In this document: positions 19,546 to 29,821 of the stretch, in pieces
Position numbering within the stretch: position 1 is the first letter of the stretch
How the letters are laid out: each line of letters opens with the position of its first letter
From: a virus
Virus record (IMG/VR): IMGVR_UViG_3300023179_006134
Span: 22,037-86,036 of that record
Reading direction: 5' to 3' (one strand)
Length of the DNA: 64,000 nt
Notes under the pieces: model-generated
The model's input: only the letters and a program-made list of their open reading frames with translations
The model's database searches: none
What the model was told of the DNA's origin: nothing
Translations under genes and position numbers: made by a program

Positions 19546-19734
19546 TCAGGGGCCTGTATATACTAATTTATCTTCTTCTAATGTGCTACGAACGTATTGT
19601 AATACATTCATAAACTCATCTACAGTATCACAGGACACTTTCCTCTCACTACCTTCGTTAGAATACAAATATACTGTTCTTTTGAGGGTGTCCACAACGC
19701 ATCTTGTCAGATACTCTTCTTGCATTTGAGTCAT
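19546..19734 (-). CDS. Small hypothetical protein
   Basis: First ORF behind a consensus sigma70 promoter. Confidence 0.7.
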   Translation of the reverse strand: MTQMQEEYLTRCVVDTLKRTVYLYSNEGSERKVSCDTVDEFMNVLQYVRSTLEEDKLVYTGP

Positions 19735-19749
19735 TTTGATTGCTTATGT

Positions 19750-19778
19750 ATTATAAGGCACTGAAGAAGTTTTGTCAA
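19750..19778 (-). promoter_or_regulatory. Sigma70-type early promoter
   Basis: TTGACA-17nt-TATAAT, perfect consensus. Confidence 0.88.
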
Positions 19779-19783
19779 GGAAT

Positions 19784-20524
19784 TTATTTCAAATTTAACC
19801 AATCTTGTCCCGGATAATCTTTGGCAGATGTTCCCTCATATTCAACAATCAATTTTTCCATATCTTTTCTTTCTGCATAAACAGTAAAATAACAATTTGT
19901 TGGTCCACTTTCTCTATTTTTGATTATGATTTGTTGTCCCCAGATTATTTTTTCCACATAAAGTTCTTGATAAGTTCCATATGGCGTTAAGTTTACACTT
20001 ATTGACTCTGGATGAATCAAATCTTTCCAATATTTTGGAAGTTCAATTACATTTGTATCTTCCAATTTTCCACGAAAATACACTGCAATTTCTGGCCCTT
20101 CTAAACTAATATGTCGCAGACGATGTGTTTCTGGTTTGGAGGGATGTGGAATATCAAACGGTTTTGCAGGAAGTGCTTTTGCAAGATTAATGTCTGAGAT
20201 TATGTTAACACCAGAAACAGTTAATGATCCAAGAACATTTAAATTTAGATCTATAGCTACACTACCATTAAAATATGAAGTCGTTGCATCAACAAAAAAT
20301 TGTGCAATCGGGCCCGTGCTTCTTTCTAAAGTTACATTTGCAGTGCTCGTGCCATCTAAATGTAGATAAACATAATCTGATGGAGTACTCAAGAGCACCA
20401 TTGAGACATCATCTAAATTAAATGTCGGGTCCTCAAATATATTTGTAAAATCATCATTTTGACGAAATTTATATTGTGCTCCGGGACCCGAAAATGTTCC
20501 ATAGTTTTGAAATAAAAATGCCAT
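19784..20524 (-). CDS. Tail/baseplate-associated protein with chaperone-like C-terminal domain
   Basis: KPFDIPHP...LRHISLEGPE.AVY.RG...IELPKYW domain shared with the next gene. Confidence 0.55.
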   Translation of the reverse strand: MAFLFQNYGTFSGPGAQYKFRQNDDFTNIFEDPTFNLDDVSMVLLSTPSDYVYLHLDGTSTANVTLERSTGPIAQFFVDATTSYFNGSVAIDLNLNVLGSLTVSGVNIISDINLAKALPAKPFDIPHPSKPETHRLRHISLEGPEIAVYFRGKLEDTNVIELPKYWKDLIHPESISVNLTPYGTYQELYVEKIIWGQQIIIKNRESGPTNCYFTVYAERKDMEKLIVEYEGTSAKDYPGQDWLNLK

Positions 20525-21186
20525 TATGCATCAACCTCAGTAATCAATATTTCTACATCTCTTCTTGTTGCAAAGATATGATAAAAACAATTGATTGGAA
20601 TTCCAGATTTGGACTGAAGATATACCTTATTATTTCCGATTCTTTTTACAATAATATCCTGATGTGCTCCAATTGGAGTGAGAGAGACTGTAATCGTAGT
20701 CTCATCAATTAATTTTGTCCAGTATTCTGGGAGTTCAATTTCTGTTCGATTCAGAACTCTTCCACGACAATACACTGCGTTTTCTGGACCCTCTAAACAA
20801 GAATGAATGAGTTTCTTTTCTGGTTTCGTAGGATGGTCAATAATAAAGTTTTTGATTTGTGCCTGAAGAATTCTTGTTCTTACAATATCTGCCTCAATAA
20901 ACCTTGATTTTAGAAGTTCATCTACTCTTACAAATCTTTCAAATCTTGCCATCAATTTACACCAAAGAGAATATATTGGTGCAGTTTTTACATCTTCATT
21001 TGCCGAAACTCCAACCATTAGTGATGCCTGTGCTGCTGAAAATTGTTGTGCCGCACCAACCTGTAATGGTCCTTCTACAAAAGAAGAACCTCTGATTTTT
21101 GTGGGACCAACTCCAAGGGCAACTGGCACACCAGCACCTACAACAAGTTGTCCACCTACTGCAATATCATCCACACAATCTGACAT
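20524..21186 (-). CDS. Tail/baseplate-associated protein, C-terminal domain paralogous to 19784..20524
   Basis: KNFIIDHP...HSCLEGPENAVYCRG...IELPEYW. Confidence 0.55.
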   Translation of the reverse strand: MSDCVDDIAVGGQLVVGAGVPVALGVGPTKIRGSSFVEGPLQVGAAQQFSAAQASLMVGVSANEDVKTAPIYSLWCKLMARFERFVRVDELLKSRFIEADIVRTRILQAQIKNFIIDHPTKPEKKLIHSCLEGPENAVYCRGRVLNRTEIELPEYWTKLIDETTITVSLTPIGAHQDIIVKRIGNNKVYLQSKSGIPINCFYHIFATRRDVEILITEVDA

Positions 21187-21198
21187 TTGTTTTACTCC

Positions 21199-21819
21199 TT
21201 ATTTACAAGATTCTTTAGACTGAAAATCCTTTCCACCAACCTTACTATCTTTGACTGCAACTGCATCAGTAATTTGACGAATCATTGATGAGTATATTTT
21301 CATACCACTATTTGCTGCCATTTCTACATTTCCTGGACTTGCTAGTTTTAGAAAAGTCTTGGCATTTACCAAAACTTTTTTTCCGTCCATTTTTATATTT
21401 TCACTTGCATTCATTGTAATATTTCCCTTGCTTCCCCCTTCACCCACAGCAACCATTTCAATATCGGTTGCCTGCATTCTAATTTTACCATTTCTTGCAA
21501 TAATGTCAATGTTTCCATTTTTTGCACAAATCATCAAAGTATCTTCTGCTTCTTTTTTATCATCTCCCGATACAATTGAAATTCTACCTGGAGCAGTGAT
21601 TTGAGTACATCCTTTTCTGGGACCATCCTTATCTAGAACAATCGAATGTCTTCCATCAGAAGCCTGAATTAAAACATCGGCAATTACATCACCTGGTTTA
21701 TGAAGATGACCGAGAGTAATTGATCCGTGATCGTTACTTCCAATACAATTTGTTGTATATGTTTTTTTAGAAGTTGTGTTACCAGATCTATCGTTAACAG
21801 TATTTTGTGCAGTTGCCAT
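21199..21819 (-). CDS. Putative baseplate spike / gp5 C-terminal beta-helix-like protein
   Basis: Repeating short beta-strand pattern (GNIDIIARNGKIRMQATDIEMVA); lies downstream of gp5. Confidence 0.5.
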   Translation of the reverse strand: MATAQNTVNDRSGNTTSKKTYTTNCIGSNDHGSITLGHLHKPGDVIADVLIQASDGRHSIVLDKDGPRKGCTQITAPGRISIVSGDDKKEAEDTLMICAKNGNIDIIARNGKIRMQATDIEMVAVGEGGSKGNITMNASENIKMDGKKVLVNAKTFLKLASPGNVEMAANSGMKIYSSMIRQITDAVAVKDSKVGGKDFQSKESCK

Positions 21820-21831
21820 CAGGTATAAAAA

Positions 21832-24800
21832 TTAAATGAGATTTGTGGGAGTTCCCGGAATATTGAGTCTGGGATTGTTGCTATTGTTATCGGTACCAAA
21901 CTTCTCAATTGCACTTGGAGCAGTTGTGACTTCTGCCGTGATGCTTTCTTGAAGAGTATCATAAACACGAATGAGTGTTCCGACTGTCTTATAGTATCCT
22001 GCATAACGAATACCGTTTTCATAGAAAACAGCACCATAGTAAGGTCTTCCACCTATGTATCCAGTTTGTTTGAGACCGACAAGATCGGTCACCTGAATGA
22101 GTTTCTGATTGTCTCTGGTCAGAGCAGGATCAATCGGATCTCTTACAACTCTGAATACTGGTCGGAAGGAAGCATTCACTCCCGTATCTGATATCATAGT
22201 GATTGATGGATACTCTGGGAAACAGGTACCATTATCCAAAATTTTGACTCTAGAGATTCTTCCAAAAGAATCACAAACATAATCTAAAATTACACCATTA
22301 TCCGGAACAATTTGAAGTTTATCTACTCCACAATTATAGTTGATTCCAGGATTTTCGACAATTACTTCATCAAGTATCAAACAAACAGGATATTGTGGTG
22401 GAGGGGGCAATTCACCCGTTCCTGGTGGTGTTGGTCCTGGTGGTGTTGGTCCTGGTGGTGTTGGTCCTGGTGGTAGGTCCACACATTTTTGAGTTACTGG
22501 GTCATACTCTTGACCTGGAGGACAATCAATCGGCGGTTTAATACATTTTTTAGTAATCTTATCATATACTTCACCAGGAGGACAAATATTAATACATTCT
22601 CCGGTTTTTGGATCTAGTATTTGCCCAGGAGGACACTCTTTGGGTGGAGGTTCACATTTTCCAGTGATTGGATTTAGTTTTAATCCAGGAGGACAGGCAT
22701 AACCATTTCCAGGATCGTCTACAATTACTCTTGATATAATTCCCTTTCCCTTAACCAGTTTAGGACAGGGTGGTGGAATTAAAATCGCAGAAACACCAAT
22801 GGGATTTGTCGTCCAGGGAAGAGGAGCAACTTTACTGACCGATGAGTTTTTAATAATCTCTACAAAAGTCACTACAGGATTTTCTCTGAATCCAGTGTTT
22901 GCTATTCTAATGTTTGAGAGTTCTAATTGTACTGATTTTTTTCCTTTTGTTGCATTAAACAAAAATGTTCTTTTGTCCTCAAATACCTTAGCCCTTCCTA
23001 CCTCTATTCCATCAACTCGAACGATTACTAAATCATCTGCTAGTGCAGTTAGATTATATTTACCATCTTCAGGGAAATCAACATTTCTCCAAGTCATAAT
23101 CCAAGTTTTTCCCTGAATTTCTTCTGTTGGAGTCAAAGTATTCTCAAAGAATGGGGATATTAAACCAGGAACATAACTTGCAAGAGCAGGACCTTCATAA
23201 GTTACACCATCTTTATTTGTTCCGGAACCATAAGTTTCGATGTTGGTATTAACAGGTGCTGCATTTGGTATTGCAGTAGGAGCATAAAATGCAACACCTT
23301 CACTTACATAACCAAGTGCGGGTAGTGTTGGTATTTCATTTGTATCTGCAGTATAAAAATGTTCTCCTGGAATCGGACCAAATACACCAATTCCTGGAGG
23401 TCTATAAAATCTAAAAACTTCAATTCGATTTGGTCCAGGTTGTGAATATACAAGACCAACAATTCCTTCGAAGGAATATCCAGCCAATATTGCAGAACTT
23501 TTTTCACCACCATCAATTGTATATAAGTGATCTCCACCATTAAATAAACGATACACTGGAACTGTTTCGGCAACATTTGTGGATTCTTTTCTGAACATCT
23601 TCCACGCAGTACCTTGAGAATTTTCAGGTTTGAGTAGATTTTCGTCTAATAATTCTTCTTTTGGATTGGTAGTATAAAAGTGTGTTGCACCTGCTGGTCC
23701 ACTAAAATCTTCAGTATAATACCGGAGCATATCAACCAATATGATATCACTCACCGATGGTCCTGTAGATGGAACAGATATTTCCCAATCTCTGGTACTA
23801 AAAACTTTGATTGGAATATCAAATGCTCTTTCGATAGGTGTATTAAAAACTTCGACTTCAATTTGATGAGTTCCTTTTTCCAAATAAACTTTTTCTAATC
23901 TTGGATTGGATACAGTAAATGGATCTAATTTCGATACTTCCTTTCCATCAATTAAAACTCTTCCAGTATTATCGACAGTTCCACGAACTCCATAAAATCC
24001 AGGATATGGAAGTTCGACAGTCCAGGTGTTTGTAAAATTAACTCCTGCCCTATCAGTTTCATCAGTATCAAATGGTGGAACTGGTGAAATTGCATACCGA
24101 TTCATAAACTTGGACCAGGCAGTTCCCTTGGTTGGATCACCTGTAGTACGTCTCACTGGATACCACTGTTCCTTTGATGTTGGAAATCTTGTTGACCAAA
24201 TTGGATTTGGAGGGCATCTTCCGGTTTGAATTGGTGCTGGTTCTTTTGGAACAGGAAGTGGTGGGGCATCAATACTCACCGAAATTCCCATTGGATTTTC
24301 ATTAAAAGATTTTGGAGATACAATTTCTCCGGTTGTAAATGTAGTCTCAATATTGACTGCAAGAACCATTGGATTTCTTGTAGCAATCGGTCCAACTTCA
24401 ATATTTTCTAACTCTGCACGAATCGTATAGTTTCCTTGATTAAATGTATATACCTGATCTAAATCTGGATTTCTTTTTCCTGGGGCATAAAAACCTTCCT
24501 TACGAATTAAAGTTTCACCAATATAAAGAGAGACATTATCATCCACAGCAATTTGAATTCTATAATCGCCAGTAACCGGAAAGGTTACATTATTCCAAAT
24601 AATAGTATGAATTCCTGCAAATGATTTAACCTGTGCCTCTGCGGTTGAAGTGTCAAAGGGGCATACACCATAACGATCAAGTAAACCGGATGTAAGTGAT
24701 GCTGCCGGATTTGTTCTCCAAAGAGTACGATTTGCCTTTGAAATATAATCAACAGTATTAAAAACATTTTCATTTCGAATCGTAGATGGTGCCGATGCTC

Positions 24801-26667
24801 TTGGAACATCCACAGTCGCATTTCCTACAATCTCAAATACGGGTTCTTTGGTTTCTACATAAGTCGAAGTTCTTACAGTTGATGATGTAGTGATTGGTTG
24901 AGTAATTCTTCTAAAAAATCCCCCTTGAGTTGTGAGAGTAAAAGAAGTAACTCCTTCATATTTAATAGGTGTATAGTTATTATTATCAGGATCTTCTGGT
25001 TTAAACTTATCAATTATTGCAAAGGCATTCAAGGATTCCTGAAATAATATACCAGCAAATCCACTTCCTTCTCCTTCTGCACCTCTACCAGTTAAACTTA
25101 AAATATGAGTTATATACGGAACCCAAGATTGATTTCCATCAAAAGCAGTATTTTGATTCAGTTCAACATTATCATTATTAATCATTCCAGCAGACATTCC
25201 AATAAAAAGATCGGATTGTTTATATTCTGGATTTGGAACAATTGTAATCGGACCATAAAGTCTTCCCCCCTTCAAAAATACTTCTCCTCCAAAATCACCA
25301 CCCAAAGGTCTTGCTCCAGGACCTACGGTTATTGCCTTTCCTGCAAATCCATCGGTTCTTCCTTCTACAATACCAACTTCAGGTATATTAAGTGATGGTC
25401 CATCAGTAAATAATGTTCCAAAATTACAATAAACTTCTTCATCGGCACGATATTGTGTTAAATCAAGGTAAACTCCAGGTTCAATTGTTGTCGTAATCGT
25501 ATCAAAACCGGGTCTTCGAATTACGTCTGGTTTTTTATTTTGTTTTCTTTCAACTTCTAAAATTGGAAGATTTAATAAATCAATACGAATATTATGTGGA
25601 CCTGCCTTTAATTCTTTTTTTGTTGGTCGCACCGCATCATTAAAACTTCCAAGATCAAATAATTGAATATTATCTACATATAATTTTGATACATTATCAC
25701 ACAGTCCTCTAAAAGTATATTCTCCATCGTATGGGAAATCTATATCCCAATCAAAAACAAAAAGTTTTCCTGCCTCATCAGTTCCACTTACATTTGATGG
25801 TGGAACAGGTGAAATCGCATATAGATTCATAAAATCACTCCACCTAAAGTCTGTAACGACATATGGAATGCTATATTTTTTACCTTCGGCAGTAATTGAT
25901 TTTGGTGGAGTTGATTTTGTCGTCCAAAATGGATTACTTGTTTTTAGAAGTGATTTTTGATAGGCATCAATCTCTTCACGAATTGGATCATTACCGACAT
26001 TTGTATAAGTTTCAGGTTCCCAAGGACCCAAATCTTCACCATTAGGTCCCCAATTTCTACCATATCCAACAGTAGTGTCTGGACAAATTTCATAATCCTC
26101 AAAATCATTTTCGTCTTCAAATGTTACAAAGGTTTCCGAAAGTTCACCGAGTTCTGAAGACAAAGTAGCACCACTACCATATTGACATTCATCAATTGCT
26201 TTTACTATAGGTGGATATTGATATCCAAACCCACCTGTAATTACATCAACGGCCAGAATCGCACCATCAACTCCTACGATTGCATTTGCCTGAGCACCAA
26301 CACCACCACCACCAAAAAATTGAATTCTTGGTGGACCTTCTCCACATTTTTTACGAGTCTGTATTCCACTACAAGTACTTGCAGAAGAAACAAGAACTTC
26401 TGGAGTCAGGGCATTAACTTCATTAATATTTAAATATTGAATTGAATTATTTGCATCTCTAAAAATAAAGGCAGTTCCAGGATTATCTTTTGCATAATCA
26501 TTTGCCTCACAAATACTAACTTCTACAACATACCCCAAAATCGGATCAATAAGTCCAACTTTAATATCATCCTTCGAAACATCCTTAAAAATCTGATCAA
26601 TTAGTTGATTGATTCTTGTGTTTTTAGTATCATATGATAATTTAAGAACCGATTTTTGAGTTGCCAT
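21832..26667 (-). CDS. Large virion structural protein with repeated PA14-like domains and Cys/Pro-rich repeats
   Basis: Four G.Y.(F/I)...D(D/N)...(L/V)..(D/G) modules, a YRLFNGGDHLYT repeat domain, CPPG repeats. Confidence 0.7.
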   Translation of the reverse strand: MATQKSVLKLSYDTKNTRINQLIDQIFKDVSKDDIKVGLIDPILGYVVEVSICEANDYAKDNPGTAFIFRDANNSIQYLNINEVNALTPEVLVSSASTCSGIQTRKKCGEGPPRIQFFGGGGVGAQANAIVGVDGAILAVDVITGGFGYQYPPIVKAIDECQYGSGATLSSELGELSETFVTFEDENDFEDYEICPDTTVGYGRNWGPNGEDLGPWEPETYTNVGNDPIREEIDAYQKSLLKTSNPFWTTKSTPPKSITAEGKKYSIPYVVTDFRWSDFMNLYAISPVPPSNVSGTDEAGKLFVFDWDIDFPYDGEYTFRGLCDNVSKLYVDNIQLFDLGSFNDAVRPTKKELKAGPHNIRIDLLNLPILEVERKQNKKPDVIRRPGFDTITTTIEPGVYLDLTQYRADEEVYCNFGTLFTDGPSLNIPEVGIVEGRTDGFAGKAITVGPGARPLGGDFGGEVFLKGGRLYGPITIVPNPEYKQSDLFIGMSAGMINNDNVELNQNTAFDGNQSWVPYITHILSLTGRGAEGEGSGFAGILFQESLNAFAIIDKFKPEDPDNNNYTPIKYEGVTSFTLTTQGGFFRRITQPITTSSTVRTSTYVETKEPVFEIVGNATVDVPRASAPSTIRNENVFNTVDYISKANRTLWRTNPAASLTSGLLDRYGVCPFDTSTAEAQVKSFAGIHTIIWNNVTFPVTGDYRIQIAVDDNVSLYIGETLIRKEGFYAPGKRNPDLDQVYTFNQGNYTIRAELENIEVGPIATRNPMVLAVNIETTFTTGEIVSPKSFNENPMGISVSIDAPPLPVPKEPAPIQTGRCPPNPIWSTRFPTSKEQWYPVRRTTGDPTKGTAWSKFMNRYAISPVPPFDTDETDRAGVNFTNTWTVELPYPGFYGVRGTVDNTGRVLIDGKEVSKLDPFTVSNPRLEKVYLEKGTHQIEVEVFNTPIERAFDIPIKVFSTRDWEISVPSTGPSVSDIILVDMLRYYTEDFSGPAGATHFYTTNPKEELLDENLLKPENSQGTAWKMFRKESTNVAETVPVYRLFNGGDHLYTIDGGEKSSAILAGYSFEGIVGLVYSQPGPNRIEVFRFYRPPGIGVFGPIPGEHFYTADTNEIPTLPALGYVSEGVAFYAPTAIPNAAPVNTNIETYGSGTNKDGVTYEGPALASYVPGLISPFFENTLTPTEEIQGKTWIMTWRNVDFPEDGKYNLTALADDLVIVRVDGIEVGRAKVFEDKRTFLFNATKGKKSVQLELSNIRIANTGFRENPVVTFVEIIKNSSVSKVAPLPWTTNPIGVSAILIPPPCPKLVKGKGIISRVIVDDPGNGYACPPGLKLNPITGKCEPPPKECPPGQILDPKTGECINICPPGEVYDKITKKCIKPPIDCPPGQEYDPVTQKCVDLPPGPTPPGPTPPGPTPPGTGELPPPPQYPVCLILDEVIVENPGINYNCGVDKLQIVPDNGVILDYVCDSFGRISRVKILDNGTCFPEYPSITMISDTGVNASFRPVFRVVRDPIDPALTRDNQKLIQVTDLVGLKQTGYIGGRPYYGAVFYENGIRYAGYYKTVGTLIRVYDTLQESITAEVTTAPSAIEKFGTDNNSNNPRLNIPGTPTNLI
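22421..22473. repeat. 15-bp tandem repeat encoding PPGPT x3, next to four CPPG repeats (about 22500-22700)
   Basis: cctggtggtgttggt repeated three times. Confidence 0.9.
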
Positions 26668-26705
26668 TATTTAAAATTCTTACTTTTTTCTTTCATAATA
26701 CATAT

Positions 26706-28406
26706 TTATCCATAATCTCTATAATCTACGTTTTTGGTTTCTGATGTCGGAGATGCATATGGAACTTCTTCTGGGGTAGTCACAGATACTGAATTTTGTG
26801 CGGCTGCTGCAACAGCAGGAATTCTTGGTAACTGCACTTCTTCACTACCACCAGAACCCTCCTGTAAAGTATAATAATCTGATGCAGGACAACTTAATCC
26901 TAAATCACAACCAAAAATATTTACACTCAAATTTGTAAAGTTCATTGCACCAGATAGACTTCCAGAAATTCCAGTTACAATTCCAGAGATGTCCGAAATT
27001 GTTCCACTCACATCGGACAGAAGTGATTGAATGTCTTCTAAAAAATTAGACACACTATTCAGAGAAGTATCAATTCCCTCTACAATTTGTGGAAGATTGA
27101 GTGCAATCATTTGCCCTGTTAAAATTTCCACAGAACAAATCGGAGTAGTTGTGGTATATCCATTTTGAATAATGGTTTTTGTATCAAGTGTAGAATTTGA
27201 TCCGGTTCCTGTCTGATCGTTTAAAAATCCCTGAACCTGACCACAGAGTCCATTTGTAATTTTACTGAATAAACAATTAATCAATTCTGTAATTTTTTCA
27301 CGAATATCAAAGAACTTAAATCTTAAGTTTGGTGGTATTATATCAGTTGCTGGTGCAAGAGCACAATTTATTTTTTTAAGAATATATTCTAAAATCTTAT
27401 CAAAAATTATTTTCAGATATTTTGCAATAATACAAGCAACATCTGCAATTAGTTTTTGTATGTCACCAATAAGAGTTGAGGCAGCATCGACATAACTTTG
27501 TGCTGTTTGTAGAACACTATCAATTTTCTTTGTAAGATTATCTATTTCTGTCTGAATTGCCTTCATTGCAGATTCAACCAAATCGCAAGGATTTAAGATT
27601 ACAATCTTTTCCAAATACATAGTATTTCTTTGTATATCGGCAACAGACATCAGATGTGGATTGTCTGGTTGCTCAATTGTTGCTCCTGGTTGCGTAGGAG
27701 AAGTTGGAGATTGAGATTCTGCTGCTTCTGCTTTTGTTGCGGCAACTGTTCTTTCTCCAACTAATGCTTCTGTTGCTGCTGGAGATAACCCTCTTGCTCC
27801 TGCTTCTGCTCTTGCTGATTGTGCCGCAGCAAGTTCTCTTGATGTTGGTGGTCTTGATGGATCTCTACCAAACTTATCTAAAGTTACACCAGATTTTGGA
27901 CTTGCTGGTTTTGCTCCAGGTTTTTTTGTTGTAAGTCCATCAGCAGGGACTTTGATATTAGGATCCGGATCACTTCCTTTTGCATATCCACTGAAAGGTT
28001 TATAATTCTCTGGTTTAGTATTCAGTGCTGTCTGGGCATTATTACCGAGCACTCCCATAATTACAGGAACTTGTTGATCGGCACCATCCAAGAAGAAACC
28101 AAATACAAAGTTTCCTTGACGAAGTGCCGAAGTTGTTCCAGATTTTGCCTGACCTCCACCCGCAGTAATCGGATACATTACCTGTGCCCAGGGAAGTTGA
28201 TCCGATGCTATTGACGTTTCTTCTTGATCGTGAAGACCAATGATACGAACTTTATATCTTCTTCCCCATCCAGGAACATTATTCTTATCATCAAATTTAC
28301 CAGAAACAATATTATCTCTCCAATAAGAATCATCGGCAATCTGTCCGATCCACCAATTAAAACTTGCTCCTAAAAATCCAGAGTTAAATAATGTTCCTTC
28401 GTTCAT
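26706..28406 (-). CDS. gp5: Baseplate hub subunit gp5-like (OB-fold N-terminus, no lysozyme domain visible)
   Basis: WWIGQI...RYKVRIIGLH...LPWAQVMYP...VFGFFLDG...PVIMG. Confidence 0.82.
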   Translation of the reverse strand: MNEGTLFNSGFLGASFNWWIGQIADDSYWRDNIVSGKFDDKNNVPGWGRRYKVRIIGLHDQEETSIASDQLPWAQVMYPITAGGGQAKSGTTSALRQGNFVFGFFLDGADQQVPVIMGVLGNNAQTALNTKPENYKPFSGYAKGSDPDPNIKVPADGLTTKKPGAKPASPKSGVTLDKFGRDPSRPPTSRELAAAQSARAEAGARGLSPAATEALVGERTVAATKAEAAESQSPTSPTQPGATIEQPDNPHLMSVADIQRNTMYLEKIVILNPCDLVESAMKAIQTEIDNLTKKIDSVLQTAQSYVDAASTLIGDIQKLIADVACIIAKYLKIIFDKILEYILKKINCALAPATDIIPPNLRFKFFDIREKITELINCLFSKITNGLCGQVQGFLNDQTGTGSNSTLDTKTIIQNGYTTTTPICSVEILTGQMIALNLPQIVEGIDTSLNSVSNFLEDIQSLLSDVSGTISDISGIVTGISGSLSGAMNFTNLSVNIFGCDLGLSCPASDYYTLQEGSGGSEEVQLPRIPAVAAAAQNSVSVTTPEEVPYASPTSETKNVDYRDYG

Positions 28407-28457
28407 TTGATGCTCATAGATATAATTTTTTGATTATGACTATTTAACATATTAAAA

Positions 28458-29807
28458 TCAATCATTTGTGAAAGATCCAGTTTTACCAAGTGAATCACGA
28501 ACCAAAGTTAATTTTGTATATCCACCCTTTAATACATTAATATAGTGACAGAGATCGGCAATCAAATACTTACCACCAAATTGTTTATTAAGTTCTTGAG
28601 TATTCTTATTTGAAAGTTCTGGAGAGTCTATAAAAATTATATCTCCTGCGTGTAAACTAAAATCTGCAGTAATCGTAATGTTTGTCTTGGTATTGAACAT
28701 TTGATTATATCTCATTACAGACTGATTTAAAATATTTTTTGGATCAAAATTTGGTTCTGTAGATTTTATAATTTGTTGTTTCGTATCTCCTGTGGGTAAA
28801 GTTCCTTTATCAACTAACATATATTGAGTTCTTGAGTATTCTTGTTTTTGACCCTCACGAATAAATCTTGGATTGAGTTTTGGAAGATTTTTTCCTGCAA
28901 GTTTAAGATTTTTTTCTGTTTCCTCAGACTCTTTGGTGATGACCTCATAATAACAATTAAAAGGGTCAAAAAGAATTGTTCTTGTTGAATAAGTTCCCAT
29001 TGATAATTTTGATTGAATATCACCACTTACATCATCAACACTATGTTCTAAAATTTTTGCAGAGTAACCAGAGGGAAGATTTTCACCCACACTGTCTGGA
29101 GTTTGATTATAAATGAAAGATTTCTTTTTTTCTTGACTTAATAAAGAATCAATAGATTTAAATTTAAATCCCTCTGAAGTCTCATAGAAGAAATATCCTG
29201 CAGTATTTTGTTTTGCTCCCTGAAGAGATGGAATTGATTTTTTTGCTAACCATAAAATAGAGTAAAAAGGTCTTTTTTGATTTCCAATAAAATTATAAGT
29301 ATTTTCTGTTACCTCAATATCCAATTTCTTTTCTGTTCCCAAATATTTTTTATCCGTTAAAATTTTTTTGACGTGTTCTGAAATTTTACCATCAAATCTT
29401 TGATTTATCTTTGTTTTATAATTTATAATTCCTTCTTCCGAAACCAAATCAAGAGTTACCACAGATTTTGTTGTGTCTTGTCCAACCGGAACAATTTGTG
29501 TTACAAACTGCTCAAACTCAAGTTTGACATCATTACCATCGGTGATTTTAATTTTAACTGATTCTGTTCCCTGAAGTGGAAGTCCTTCAATTAATGTTTG
29601 TGTGATTTGACCTTTTTGAATTGTTTTTCCGGTATCTACATAAATGATATTTGTGCGAATTGATGGTTCAAGAATACTTTCGTAATAATAAATATCCGTA
29701 ATTAAATCTACAATATCTTTTTGATCACCACCAGTATTTGACTCAATAATACATTGAGCAATATTAACTTCTCTGACTTGTCTTAATACAGTTTTTTCTG
29801 ATGCCAT
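28458..29807 (-). CDS. Putative baseplate hub protein (gp27-like)
   Basis: YYESIL, GYFFYETSEGFKFKSIDSL, L.AGD.I, GKYLIADLCH motifs; directly upstream of gp5. Confidence 0.6.
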   Translation of the reverse strand: MASEKTVLRQVREVNIAQCIIESNTGGDQKDIVDLITDIYYYESILEPSIRTNIIYVDTGKTIQKGQITQTLIEGLPLQGTESVKIKITDGNDVKLEFEQFVTQIVPVGQDTTKSVVTLDLVSEEGIINYKTKINQRFDGKISEHVKKILTDKKYLGTEKKLDIEVTENTYNFIGNQKRPFYSILWLAKKSIPSLQGAKQNTAGYFFYETSEGFKFKSIDSLLSQEKKKSFIYNQTPDSVGENLPSGYSAKILEHSVDDVSGDIQSKLSMGTYSTRTILFDPFNCYYEVITKESEETEKNLKLAGKNLPKLNPRFIREGQKQEYSRTQYMLVDKGTLPTGDTKQQIIKSTEPNFDPKNILNQSVMRYNQMFNTKTNITITADFSLHAGDIIFIDSPELSNKNTQELNKQFGGKYLIADLCHYINVLKGGYTKLTLVRDSLGKTGSFTND

Positions 29808-29821
29808 TTAATTAATGTCTG

